A stretch of 64,000 nucleotides of DNA from an uncultured Thermoleophilia bacterium (GTDB lineage: Bacteria > Actinomycetota > Thermoleophilia > UBA2241): assembly GCA_963715985.1 (NCBI GenBank), contig CAVQSP010000017.1, positions 32,001 through 96,000 of the forward strand. Direction: 5' to 3'. Numbering within the stretch: the first letter of the stretch is position 1; the number at the start of each line of letters is the position of its first letter. The translations under genes and the position numbers were made by a program. Positions 54,632 through 64,000 of the stretch are shown here, piece by piece. Below the pieces are notes generated by a model. That model was not told where the DNA came from, did not search any database, and saw nothing but the letters and a program-made list of their open reading frames with translations.

Positions 54632-54838
54632 TTACGCCATCACTCGCACGTTGGTCGCCTGCGGCTTGTTGTTCTTGCCGGTGCCCTGGTCGAACGACAC
54701 GGCCTGACCCTCGTCGAGGGACTTGAAGCCCTCGCTCTGGATCTCCGAGAAGTGAACGAAGAGATCGTCGCCGCCCTCATGCTCGATGAATCCGTACCCC
54801 TTGTCGGCGCTGAACCACTTGACCTTGCCTTGTGCCAT
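54632..54838 (-). CDS. cspA: Cold-shock protein
   Basis: GKVKWF, KGYGFI, LFVHFS. Confidence 0.93.
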   Translation of the reverse strand: MAQGKVKWFSADKGYGFIEHEGGDDLFVHFSEIQSEGFKSLDEGQAVSFDQGTGKNNKPQATNVRVMA

Positions 54839-55060
54839 GTTGATCAAATCCCTTCGCCCACGTGGGGCAAAAAAAGGACGTGACCACCGCGAAGAAGTGC
54901 GGTGCGTCACGTCGCAATCCTGCGGGCCCAATCGACCCGCTGGCAGCTAGTGTAGCAGGTTCCGGGGGGCGCTGCCGGAAACGCCGGCGTGGACCCCGGT
55001 GCCGACTCGGGCGTCCCGTCCACCGTGCTTGGTTTCGTACGATAAAAAGCGTAGAATAGG

Positions 55061-55402
55061 ATGGTCAACGGAAAGGTCCACCTTGGACTTTCGTCTCCCC
55101 GCTCCACCCACCTCATGAAGTCCCGCGTGGCGGGCCGTTTCTCGACCTCGAGCAGCGGTAAGGTCAGCGACAGGGTCTCTGCCTACGGGAGCGGACGCAT
55201 CTGTCTGGCGCCCGGTTGCGGCACCCGGCTGTCGACCTACAACCCCGGGCTGTGGTGCTCCCTTCACGACACCTTGGCCCCGATCCTGCCCCGCCGGCGC
55301 CCTCCGGAGGCTCGCGTGATAGCGGATCCCGTGGCGGCCACACCGATGAGGACCGGCTGGCGCGTGCCGCCCCTGCCGTATGGCGGCACCGGCACGAAGT
55401 GA
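55061..55402 (+). CDS. Small Cys/His protein, paralog B
   Basis: RVSAYGSGRICLAPGCGTRLSTYNPGLWCSLHD; start at 55061 or 55115. Confidence 0.7.
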   Translation: MVNGKVHLGLSSPRSTHLMKSRVAGRFSTSSSGKVSDRVSAYGSGRICLAPGCGTRLSTYNPGLWCSLHDTLAPILPRRRPPEARVIADPVAATPMRTGWRVPPLPYGGTGTK

Positions 55403-55691
55403 CCCCCGGCGCTGCGGCCCTGCGGCGCCGGGCGCCGCTTCGCAGCGAAGGGCGACGGCGCTCCTGGTCTGTGGCCGCCGGCGCCCAATCCGTGGTACAA
55501 GCAACGCATGGACGGTAGTGAAGCCAGCCTTCTGGTGACCCCGCCAAGCGTGGGACGTGCATGAGTCCGTTCGGGCAGACGCGGGAAGGCGTACCTGACG
55601 ATGGCCGCCATCGTCGGCGGCTCGGTCCTCGCGGAGATCTGCCTCTTCTTCGTCACCGCCGAGCGCTCGTGCCGCCCGTGAGCGAGATGCG

Positions 55692-56774
55692 ATGAACGGC
55701 GGACCGGTGTCTCTGCCCCTGATCGAGGTCCGCGGCGGGCATCGTGAGATCGGGCGGCAGATAGGCGAGGCGGCGAGCGAGCGCATCAGGCGCTCGGTCG
55801 CCTACTACGAGGACAACATCGGCTGGCTGGCCGGCATGACCTTTCCGGCCGCGGAGGAGCGGGCACTGGCCCTGTTGCCCTTCGCCCGGCGCGACCTGCC
55901 GCAGTACGTCGAGGAGCTGGCCGGTATGGCGGAGGGCGCCGGCGTACCGTTCGGAAGTTGCTCGTGCTCAACTGCGGCGAGGAGATCCTGTGCGCGGCGC
56001 GGCCGGACGCGGACGAGCGCCCGTCCCGTGCCGGCCGATCACTGCACATGCCTGGCGCTCGCCGCGCCCGGCCGCACGATCGTCGGCCACAACGAAGACT
56101 GGGTCGAGGACGATGTGGAGAACATGGTCGTGCTCTCGATCACGGCGCCCGGCGGCACGCAGATCCTGGCGCTCACCGGGGCCGCGTACCTGCCGATGTG
56201 CGGCCTCAACTCCCAGGGCATGGCGTTCTACGGCAACACGCTGTACTCGCGCGACGAGCGGGCCGGCGTCCCCAACGCGTTCAAGCACCGCTGGCTGCTC
56301 GAGGCCGCGACGCGGGAGGAGGCGGACGCGCGCGCCTGCATGGAGGCGCGCGCCCGCGGTTCCAACCACCTCAACGCGCAGGCCGGTGGCCGCATCTGGG
56401 ACGTCGAGGTCTCGGCCACCCGGGATCTGACCATCGAGGCCGGCGCCTGGCTGGTGCACACCAACCACTTCACGGCGCCGGAGATGCAGGACGTGGAGCG
56501 CTCCGAGTCGGCGGGCTCGCGGCTGCGACTGGAGCGCGGGCGCGAGCTGGTGGCCGCCGGGCTGGCACGCGGCGACGACCCGTTCGACCTCGTCGCCGCG
56601 GTGCTGAGCGACCACGCCAACGCGCCCACGTCCATCTGCGCTCACCCAGTCCCCGACGACCCCGACCACGGCCCGACCACCGGGAGTGTGATCATCGAGC
56701 TGGAAGAGCGGCGCATGCACGTGTGCGCGGGCCGGCCCTGCGAGAACCCCTACCGGGTCGTGTCGCTGGGCTGA
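55692..56774 (+). CDS. C45 family autoproteolytic acyltransferase/peptidase (compensating frameshifts at about 55955-56030)
   Basis: HCT nucleophile, GHNEDW, HTNHF; LLVLNCGEEI appears in another frame. Confidence 0.85.
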   Translation: MNGGPVSLPLIEVRGGHREIGRQIGEAASERIRRSVAYYEDNIGWLAGMTFPAAEERALALLPFARRDLPQYVEELAGMAEGAGVPFGSCSCSTAARRSCARRGRTRTSARPVPADHCTCLALAAPGRTIVGHNEDWVEDDVENMVVLSITAPGGTQILALTGAAYLPMCGLNSQGMAFYGNTLYSRDERAGVPNAFKHRWLLEAATREEADARACMEARARGSNHLNAQAGGRIWDVEVSATRDLTIEAGAWLVHTNHFTAPEMQDVERSESAGSRLRLERGRELVAAGLARGDDPFDLVAAVLSDHANAPTSICAHPVPDDPDHGPTTGSVIIELEERRMHVCAGRPCENPYRVVSLG

Positions 56775-56850
56775 GCCGCCGGCGCGCCGCGGCTCCTCCT
56801 CCTCTCGCGCCGCGCCTGCCGCCGTGCTCGCCCGGGACCCCGCACCCGGG

Positions 56851-57126
56851 TCAACCCGCCATGAACCTCCGGGCGATCTCCATACCCTGCTCCGCGCTCA
56901 CCGCCGGGACGATGGTGAACTCGAAGACGTCGTCCCAAGGGCTGGTGGACGCCATGATCGGGGGCATGCTGTCTGCCTCGAACACGGTGATGACGTTGGG
57001 ATCCTGCGTCTGCAGCCAGTATTCTGCCAGGACGTGCGCGCCCTCCGGGTACTCCCACTGGAGCCGGCGCGCGGTCCTCTCCTGGACTGTGCCCGCACGT
57101 ACCTTGCCTAGCGCCACGAACAACAT
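56851..57126 (-). CDS. DUF3303-like small protein
   Basis: WEYPEG..AEYW..FEFTIVPAV. Confidence 0.7.
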   Translation of the reverse strand: MLFVALGKVRAGTVQERTARRLQWEYPEGAHVLAEYWLQTQDPNVITVFEADSMPPIMASTSPWDDVFEFTIVPAVSAEQGMEIARRFMAG

Positions 57127-57325
57127 GGTCCGCTCCTTTCTCGGTCCGGTCCCGGGCAGTGGCAATGGCTCGGCAAAGAGGAGGAGGAGCAACGCTCCGC
57201 TTCTGAGAGAGTTCCCGAAGGTCTCGCCCGCGAGAAACGCGTTGCGAAGGGGTGGCCGGGCCCGTGCGCGCTCACCTCGGGCGCGGCGACCGGCGGGTGC
57301 GCGCCATCCGGGCTATGATGCCGGC

Positions 57326-57986
57326 ATGTCCCCTGGATCCCAGAGCGGCGCCGGCGCGAGCGCGAGCGATGCGCGTGAGGCGTGGCGCCGCGCCGAGGCC
57401 GAGTTCGGCGAGGGCGCCCGGCTGCTGTCCACGGGCGAAGCGTCCGCTGCGGCTCGGCTTCTCCGCAGCGTCGTCGACGCCGGCCTCCTGCCGCCGCCGC
57501 CGCGAGGCGGAGGCGCGCTACCTGCTGGCTCGCGCCCTCGGCGCCTGCGGAGATCGCGACGGAATGATCGGGGAGTGGGGCCAGGTGCTGCGCCTGGACG
57601 CGGCCACCACGTCGGAGCGGCCGTTGATGACCGCTGAGGAGTTCGAGTCCGTCGCCAAGGACGCCCTGGACGAGCTCCCGCAGGCGCTGCTCGACGAGCT
57701 GCAGAGCGTGGCCATCCTCGTCGCCGACCGCCCCTCTCCGGAGATGGTGGCCGGCGGCATCGACCCGCGCGTGCTGGGCATCTATCACGGCGTGCCGATG
57801 ACCAGGCGCTCGGTCAGCTTCGGCGCGCCGTACGCCGACACGATCTACCTCTTCCGCGCCAACCTGGAGCGTGTCTGCCCGACGCGCGAAGCGCTGGCCG
57901 AGCGCATCCGTGTGACGGTGCTGCACGAGACGGCGCACTACTTCGGCTACAGCGAGCGGCAGCTCCGGGAGATGGGACTGGCCTGA
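57326..57986 (+). CDS. TPR-like plus Zincin_1 metallopeptidase (frameshift at about 57500)
   Basis: LGIYHGVP, IYLFR, TVLHETAHYFG. Confidence 0.8.
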
Positions 57987-58201
57987 GGCGGCAGTCGCCG
58001 CTCTCCGCCAGACGCCTCGTTTGCCGCCGCCCCGTGGTCGCGCTACTCTGGGGCAAGAGTTCGGCCGGCGCATCCCCAGCGGGAGCGTCGATCAGACGCA
58101 AAGCGCCGCCGCCATCACGAGCACACCGCCGTCCCGCGTGTTCACCAGAGAGTCCTTCCCGACGAACGACCTGCCCAGGCCCGACGACCCGCGAGGACCA
58201 G

Positions 58202-59182
58202 ATGCAGACCGGCAGTAGCAGCCCCGCGTTCCAGGACGGCGAGATCGAAGAGGTCGCGCGCCGCGCCAACCGCATCGCGGCCAACGTCTCGTCGGTCGTC
58301 GTGGGCAAGGACGAGGTCGTGCGGGCCTGCGTCGTCGCCCTGCTCGCCGGCGGTCACATCATCATCGAGGACTACCCGGGGGTCGGCAAGACGCTGCTCG
58401 CCAAGGCGCTCGCGCGGTCCGTCAGCTGCCGCTTCGCGCGCATCCAGTTCACGCCTGACCTCCTCCCCAGCGACGTGACCGGGGTGAGCGTCTTCGACCA
58501 GCAGACGGCCCGCTTCGAGTTCCGTCCCGGGCCGGTGTTCGCCAACATCGTCCTGGCCGACGAGATCAACCGCTCGTCGCCGAAGACCCAGGCGAGTCTG
58601 CTCGAGTGCATGGAGGAGCGGCAGGCGACGATCGACAACGTCACGCACACGATCGTCGCCCCCTTCATGGTGGTCGCCACGCAGAACCCCATCGAGTACG
58701 AGGGCACGTACCCTCTCCCCGAGGCTCAGCTGGACCGCTTCATGATGCGTCTCAGCCTGGGGTACCCCGAGCCGGCTGCGGAAGAGGCGATGCTGGACGC
58801 GCAGACATCCGGCGACCCGTTCCATGAGCTCGACGCGGTCGTCGATGGGGACGAGGTCCTCGCCATGCAGGCGACGGTCGGCCGCGTCTCCGTCACGGCG
58901 CCGCTGCGCCGCTACGTCGTGGACCTGCTCTCCGCCACCCGTGCGAGCAGGGACATCTACCTGGGCGCCAGCCCACGCGCCGGCATCGCCCTGCTGCGTG
59001 CCGCCAAGGCGCTGGCGATCCTTCGCGAGCGGGACTATGTCGTGCCCCAGGACGTCAAAGACCTCGCCGCGCGGGTGCTGAGCCACCGGCTCATCCTCTC
59101 GCCGGACGCGCCCGTGGCCGAACACTCCGAAGAGGCGGCGGTCGCGCGGGTCCTGGCTGCCGTCCCGGTCCCGACGCTGTGA
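58202..59182 (+). CDS. moxR: MoxR family AAA+ ATPase
   Basis: PGVGKT, RIQFTPDLLPSD, ADEINR, ATQNPIE, LDRF. Confidence 0.95.
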   Translation: MQTGSSSPAFQDGEIEEVARRANRIAANVSSVVVGKDEVVRACVVALLAGGHIIIEDYPGVGKTLLAKALARSVSCRFARIQFTPDLLPSDVTGVSVFDQQTARFEFRPGPVFANIVLADEINRSSPKTQASLLECMEERQATIDNVTHTIVAPFMVVATQNPIEYEGTYPLPEAQLDRFMMRLSLGYPEPAAEEAMLDAQTSGDPFHELDAVVDGDEVLAMQATVGRVSVTAPLRRYVVDLLSATRASRDIYLGASPRAGIALLRAAKALAILRERDYVVPQDVKDLAARVLSHRLILSPDAPVAEHSEEAAVARVLAAVPVPTL

Positions 59183-60423
59183 GAAGGGCGCGCCCGACAG
59201 CCCGGGGACTGGCGCTGATCGCCGTCGCGTTCGCCTGCTACCTGGCGGCGCGCGTGGTGGGCACGTGGGAGCTCTACTTCCTCGCCTTCGCCTTTCTCGC
59301 CGCCGTGGGTGTCTGCTGGGTGCTCGTCGCGGCGACGGTCCGGCGCCTCGAGGTGAGCCGCACGGTCTCGCCGCAACAGCCTGTCGCCGGCGACCCGCTC
59401 GTGCTCTCGTTCCGCGTGAGGAACGGCTCACGCCTGCCCGGCCTCCAGGTCACCCTGGTCGACGTGGGCAGCGGTCTCGGCGGCACCGGTCGCTCCATCG
59501 ACGTCGAGAGCCTCGGCTCGCGCGCGCAGCGCGTGGCTGAGTCGGCACCGCGGCCGGCACGGCGCGGCATCCACCGTCTCGCCGCCCAGGCCGTGCTGGC
59601 CGAGGATCCGCTGGGCCTCGTCCGCGCGCGCCGGAGCTTCGCCGACGAGGTCGTGCTCACCGTCCCGCCGCGGCTCGTGCATCTCGCCTCGTGTGACCTC
59701 TACGCCGGCGTGGGCGCCCGCAGCGCCGGTCGCCGGCGTCGGCTGCCGACGATCGACGCCTCCGAGTTCCGCGGCATCCGGCCGCACAACCCCGGTGAGC
59801 CGCTGAACCGCGTCGACTGGAAGGCTACGGCCAAGACGGGCACCCTGATGCTGCGGGAGCTGGAGGACGCGGCCGACGGCGGCGTCGCCGTCCTGTTCAA
59901 CGCCGCTCCCTCCCACGTGGCCGCCGAGACCGACTTCGAGGTGGGCGTGCAGGTCGCCGGGTCGATCGCCGACTGCGCCCTCCGGCTGGGCCACCGCGTC
60001 ACCATGCTCCTGCCCGACGACGACTGGCGGCCGATCCGGCTCTCGCCCGACGCCGAGAGCCGGCGACGGCTGCTGGCGGTGCTGGCGCGGATGAGCCCCG
60101 GCGGGCTGTCTCAGCTCGGTCCCTCGCTGCGGACGCTCGTCGCCCGCACCCGCAAGAGCGCGCGCACGCGGATGCTGACCCTCGTCGTGCTGTCTGTGGA
60201 TCGCGCCCTCGTGCGCGCGGCGACGACGCTGCAGGAGGAGGGTCTCTCCGTCTCGATCGTCCACGTCGTCGGCGGCCGGCCCGCCGCCGGCGCCATCGGC
60301 GACGACGATCTGCCGCGCTCCCTGGCCGCCGCCGGCGTCCCGTACATCGCCGTGCGCCGGGCCGACGACCTGGGCGCGGCGCTGACCGTGCGCGCAGAAG
60401 GCCGTCGCGCCCTCGCCCGATGA
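59179..60423 (+). CDS. DUF58 domain protein
   Basis: EFRGIRP..GEPLNRVDWKATA. Confidence 0.9.
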   Translation: MRRARPTARGLALIAVAFACYLAARVVGTWELYFLAFAFLAAVGVCWVLVAATVRRLEVSRTVSPQQPVAGDPLVLSFRVRNGSRLPGLQVTLVDVGSGLGGTGRSIDVESLGSRAQRVAESAPRPARRGIHRLAAQAVLAEDPLGLVRARRSFADEVVLTVPPRLVHLASCDLYAGVGARSAGRRRRLPTIDASEFRGIRPHNPGEPLNRVDWKATAKTGTLMLRELEDAADGGVAVLFNAAPSHVAAETDFEVGVQVAGSIADCALRLGHRVTMLLPDDDWRPIRLSPDAESRRRLLAVLARMSPGGLSQLGPSLRTLVARTRKSARTRMLTLVVLSVDRALVRAATTLQEEGLSVSIVHVVGGRPAAGAIGDDDLPRSLAAAGVPYIAVRRADDLGAALTVRAEGRRALAR

Positions 60424-62696
60424 AGATCCCTCGCAAGCTGCTCTACTTCGCCAGCTTCCTCGCGCTGGCCGCGACCGCGGTCCTCGTCATCGACCGCATC
60501 TGCACGCCGAGCATCGCTCCGCTGCTGCTCGCCGCCGCCGCCGCGGCGGCGGCGGCCGGCGCGCCGGGGCTGATCCACCGGCGCCTGTGGCCCGTGGCCC
60601 TCGTCCTGCTCGTGCTCGGCGCCTACGTGGTGCTGCGCGTGCAGGTGCCGGTCCCCTCCGGGGTCCACGGGTTCGGCGCGCAGGCCGGCTTCATGCTCGA
60701 GCAGCTGCAGTCGGGCGCGCGCGCCTACACGCACGACCAGTTCCCCCTGGACCTCGTCCCGGGGTCCGGCGTCCAGGCCGTCGTCTCGTTGACCGTGTAC
60801 GGGATCATCGGGCTGGCCGCCTTCCTGGCCCTGAGCCTGCGCCTGGCGCTGCCCGCCATCGCCATCGTCCTCGGGGTGCTCGGCTTCGGCTTCACGACCG
60901 ACTACATCGACAAGCTCGTCTGGGCGCCGCTCGCCTTTCTGCTTCTCGCCGGCTGCATGTTGGTGCTCTCCCGCTCGCTGCGGCGCGAGCGCTGGCGCGC
61001 GACGGACGCGCTGGCGGGCGCCGCGACGGCCACCATCGCGGCGCTGCTCGCGCTCTCCCTGCTCGGCGCCACGTCGGTAGCGGCGAGCACGCCGCTGGGA
61101 GACTGGCGCACGTGGGGGCTCGCCGGCCCCGGCGAGGCGCGCCTCGGCTTCGACTGGATGCAGAGCTACCTGCGCGTCCTCAACGAGCCCTCCAACGCCC
61201 GGGTCATGCGCGTCAAGTCGCCCGTGGCCTCGTACTGGCGCGCCAACACCCTCGCGGCGTTCGACGGGACGAGCTGGTATGGGGGCTCCTCGACCGACGA
61301 CCAGCTCGTGGTCGGACCAGACGCCGGCTCAGCCATCTACACGGTGCCGCGCCGCGATCCCGAGCCTCCCGGCGGGTTCGTCACGGAGTCGTTCGAGATC
61401 GTGTCCACGTTCACGGACCACCTCTTCACGGGAGGGACTCCGCGGTCGCTGCTCCTCGATCGGGACTTGTTGCTGTGGGTGTCGGACGCGCGGGCGTTGC
61501 GTCTCAACCGGCCCGTGGGCCCGACCCTGCGCTACACGATCACCGCCGTCGTCCCGCGGGTGAAGCCCGAGGACCTGCTGGATCGCGGTCGGGAGTATCC
61601 CGCCGACGTCCTCGGCTCGTACACGTCACTGCCGTTCCCGGCACTGTCTGACCTGGGCACACTCGCGCCGGAGTCCGCCTGGCGCGCCGCGATGGGCGAC
61701 AGCCCCGGCGATCGGGAGTGGCTCGAGCTGTACCGGCTGAACCAGGACATCGTCGGCGCGGCGACCGACCCGTACAGGATCACCCTGCAGGTCGAGGAGT
61801 ACCTGCGTTCGCGCTTCGTGTACTCCCTCGAGCCGCCGGCGACCGACTACATCTCGCCCTACGCGGCCTTTCTCTTCAGCACGCGGACCGGATACTGCCA
61901 GCACTTCGCCGGCGCCATGGCCTTGCTGCTGCGGTTCAACGGTGTCCCGGCGCGCGTGGCGGTCGGGTTCGCCGCCGGTGAGAAGGCTGTGGACGGGTCG
62001 TTCATCGTCACGAGGAAGGACGCCCACGCCTGGGTGGAGGTGTTCTTCCCCGATGTCGGCTGGCTGCCGTTTGACCCCACTCCCGGGCGCACGATCCCCG
62101 GCCCCGGCGCTTCTTCCGCGAGCGTCGGCTTCGTCGACCCTGCCGCCGCCGGAGGGGCAGGGGCCGCGGGCGACGAGGCGGCCGCCGGCGCCGGCGCCGG
62201 CGCCGGCCCTCGCGGACCGCGGATGGAGGTAGGGGCCGGCGCGGCCGGCTCGGGCGGGCAGACGCCGGCGCCATCCGGACCCTTCCCCTGGCCGCTCGCG
62301 GTCGCCGCGGTCGCGATCTTCCTGGTCGCGTGGCCGGCGGGCCGCGCCGCACTGCTCCGCCGCGGCCTGCGGCGCGGAAGCTACGCCGGCCGCCTCCAGG
62401 CGTCTCTCGCGCTCGTCTTCACCGATCTCAGAGGCTACGGCGTCAACGTGCCGCCGTCGCAGACACTGGACGAGACGGCGCGCTTGCTGACGCGCGACCT
62501 GGACCTCGACGCCGGCCCGTTGGTCGAGCGCGTCCAGGCGGTGTTCTTTGGGGGCCGGGCGGCGACGCAGGAGGACCTGGCCCACGTCGCCGCCTTCCGC
62601 CGCGAGCTCAGGCGCCGGATGCGGGCGCGCAGGGGGCGCGTGCGATCCCTGCTCGCGCTGTACGGCGTCCCGGCCGCCGCGTCCGCGGGGGCTTGA
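60420..62696 (+). CDS. TgpA-like membrane transglutaminase domain protein
   Basis: N-terminal TM segments; GYCQHFA, ARVAVGF, HAWVEV..FDPTP. Confidence 0.92.
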   Translation: MKIPRKLLYFASFLALAATAVLVIDRICTPSIAPLLLAAAAAAAAAGAPGLIHRRLWPVALVLLVLGAYVVLRVQVPVPSGVHGFGAQAGFMLEQLQSGARAYTHDQFPLDLVPGSGVQAVVSLTVYGIIGLAAFLALSLRLALPAIAIVLGVLGFGFTTDYIDKLVWAPLAFLLLAGCMLVLSRSLRRERWRATDALAGAATATIAALLALSLLGATSVAASTPLGDWRTWGLAGPGEARLGFDWMQSYLRVLNEPSNARVMRVKSPVASYWRANTLAAFDGTSWYGGSSTDDQLVVGPDAGSAIYTVPRRDPEPPGGFVTESFEIVSTFTDHLFTGGTPRSLLLDRDLLLWVSDARALRLNRPVGPTLRYTITAVVPRVKPEDLLDRGREYPADVLGSYTSLPFPALSDLGTLAPESAWRAAMGDSPGDREWLELYRLNQDIVGAATDPYRITLQVEEYLRSRFVYSLEPPATDYISPYAAFLFSTRTGYCQHFAGAMALLLRFNGVPARVAVGFAAGEKAVDGSFIVTRKDAHAWVEVFFPDVGWLPFDPTPGRTIPGPGASSASVGFVDPAAAGGAGAAGDEAAAGAGAGAGPRGPRMEVGAGAAGSGGQTPAPSGPFPWPLAVAAVAIFLVAWPAGRAALLRRGLRRGSYAGRLQASLALVFTDLRGYGVNVPPSQTLDETARLLTRDLDLDAGPLVERVQAVFFGGRAATQEDLAHVAAFRRELRRRMRARRGRVRSLLALYGVPAAASAGA

Positions 62697-62729
62697 GGCG
62701 GCTCCGGCAGTCCGGCGATGCGCATCGTG

Positions 62730-62954
62730 TGCAGTGCGGGGGTCGGGGGGTTCGACCCCCCTGCGGTCCCGATCCGTACGAGTGTCCGCGCGACTTGACG
62801 CCGCCAGCTGGGATGCGCTGGGACTCAACGGGACTAGTCCGTCACCCCCAGGGTACCCGAATCAGAGAGACCACTCCCGAGAAGAACAGCGCACGCACGG
62901 GACGCTGAGGCCCGTCGGAGGCACCTGACGGCCACCCTCATCAGGCGGGGAGCC
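62730..62954 (+). repeat. tRNA-Ala 3' fragment plus element arm, copy 5 (diverged, internal deletion)
   Basis: TGCAGTGCGGGGGTCGGGGGGTTCGACCCCCCTGCGGTCC...TGGGATGCGCTGGGACTCAACGGGACTAGTCC...GGGTA...CACGGGA...GGCAC..CGGCCACC..GGCGGGGAGCC. Confidence 0.8.
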
Positions 62955-63187
62955 GGCACCGACGATCATGGCTGCACCGAATCCACTGCACATCCCCACC
63001 CGCGCGTGGAGAGAGTCCACGATCCCGACATCGACCTGCGGCGACGCCACGTTCGCTGGGCGCACGGTGGCCAAGGGGGTGGTGTGGCGACGAGACGATC
63101 CCTGAGATCAGACACGACGATAGACAGAGGCCGTCGCTGCGGTGCCGATGCCGGCCTGTGGCGGTCCATGTGAAAGGAGTGGGTGAC

Positions 63188-63481
63188 ATGCCGATGTACG
63201 TCGGGCTGTACAAGCTGACCGAGAAGGGGGCCAGCGACATCAAGGGCTCCCCCGAGCGTCTCCAGCAGGCGATGAAGGCCTGGGAGGCGATGGGCGGCAA
63301 GATCATCGCGGTCGTGGCCACGATGGGAGAGTACGACTTCGTGAGCGTCGGCGAAGCGCCGAGCGACGAGGTGGCCGTCATGCACGCTGCTGCCGTCGCC
63401 TCGACGGGGACCGTGACCACCCAGTCGCTCCGGGCGTTCAGCCCGGAGGAGTTCGCGGCGCTCGTGGCCAAGCTCCCGTGA
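63188..63481 (+). CDS. GYD domain protein
   Basis: TMGEYDFV..EAPSDE..TQSLRAF. Confidence 0.85.
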   Translation: MPMYVGLYKLTEKGASDIKGSPERLQQAMKAWEAMGGKIIAVVATMGEYDFVSVGEAPSDEVAVMHAAAVASTGTVTTQSLRAFSPEEFAALVAKLP

Positions 63482-63804
63482 CGTGGTGGGCCTGCCCCGG
63501 ACGTTGTCGGAGGCAGCGCCCGGGGCAGGCGACCACGACGACCCACGGCTCACCCGATCGCGCCCCGGGCCGACTCCGGCTTCCCCCTCTTGTCTCGTCG
63601 TGGGCACGTGCTGACCGGGCGAGCGCATCATCAGAGAGAGCATCCGGGCGCGGGAGTGGCCCGGATCGCGGGTGTGGGAGTCACACTCGCCCGGGGGGTT
63701 CGTGCCCGCCGGACCGCACGGTGACGCAGGGCGCCTCGCAGAGGCCGACTCTTCAGCCGTCGCCTGGCGTAGAGTAAGCGGGTCGTCGTCGACAAGGGGG
63801 GCGC

Positions 63805-64000
63805 GTGGCGACCGAACCGCAGTGGAGGCGCAGGACTGCTCCGGACTCGCGACGTCCCGTGTTCGCGGCGGCTCTCGTGATCATCGGCGGCCAGGCCTGG
63901 GTCGCGTACAGCCTGCGTCTCGACCCGTTCTGGCTCTTCCCCCTGATCTCGTCGGTGCTGCTGGTGGCCTCGATCGCCGTGTACGAGGGTCGGGACGAGC
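63805..64000 (+). CDS. Membrane protein, 3'-truncated by the window edge
   Basis: Open frame with hydrophobic helices. Confidence 0.55.
   Translation, partial: MATEPQWRRRTAPDSRRPVFAAALVIIGGQAWVAYSLRLDPFWLFPLISSVLLVASIAVYEGRDE

Overview
High-GC window, probably from an actinobacterium (Thermoleophilia-like, inferred from gene content). It is mostly accessory DNA: secreted enzymes and lipoproteins, transporters, redox genes (nifJ plus a DHOD-like gene, a Crp/Fnr-flavodoxin-DsrE cluster, a radical SAM-GMC operon), small regulators, a MoxR-DUF58-transglutaminase operon, and many gene remnants. Two non-coding signals stand out. (1) A roughly 300-400 bp element recurs five times in the same orientation (about 525, 3890, 6032, 6990 and 62730). 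It begins with the 3' half of a tRNA-Ala starting at the anticodon loop and continues with helically phased short repeats and a hairpin. It separates 1-2-gene cargo units and sits next to a tyrosine-integrase remnant, which suggests a tRNA-anchored, cassette-like att array. A second, different tRNA 3' scar lies at 38.3 kb. (2) An IS110/IS1111-type element (44436-47858) whose downstream end contains readable bridge-RNA target and donor guides. An IS1634-like element has inserted exactly into the right target guide with a CTAG duplication. Many genes carry single-base frameshifts that may be long-read errors.
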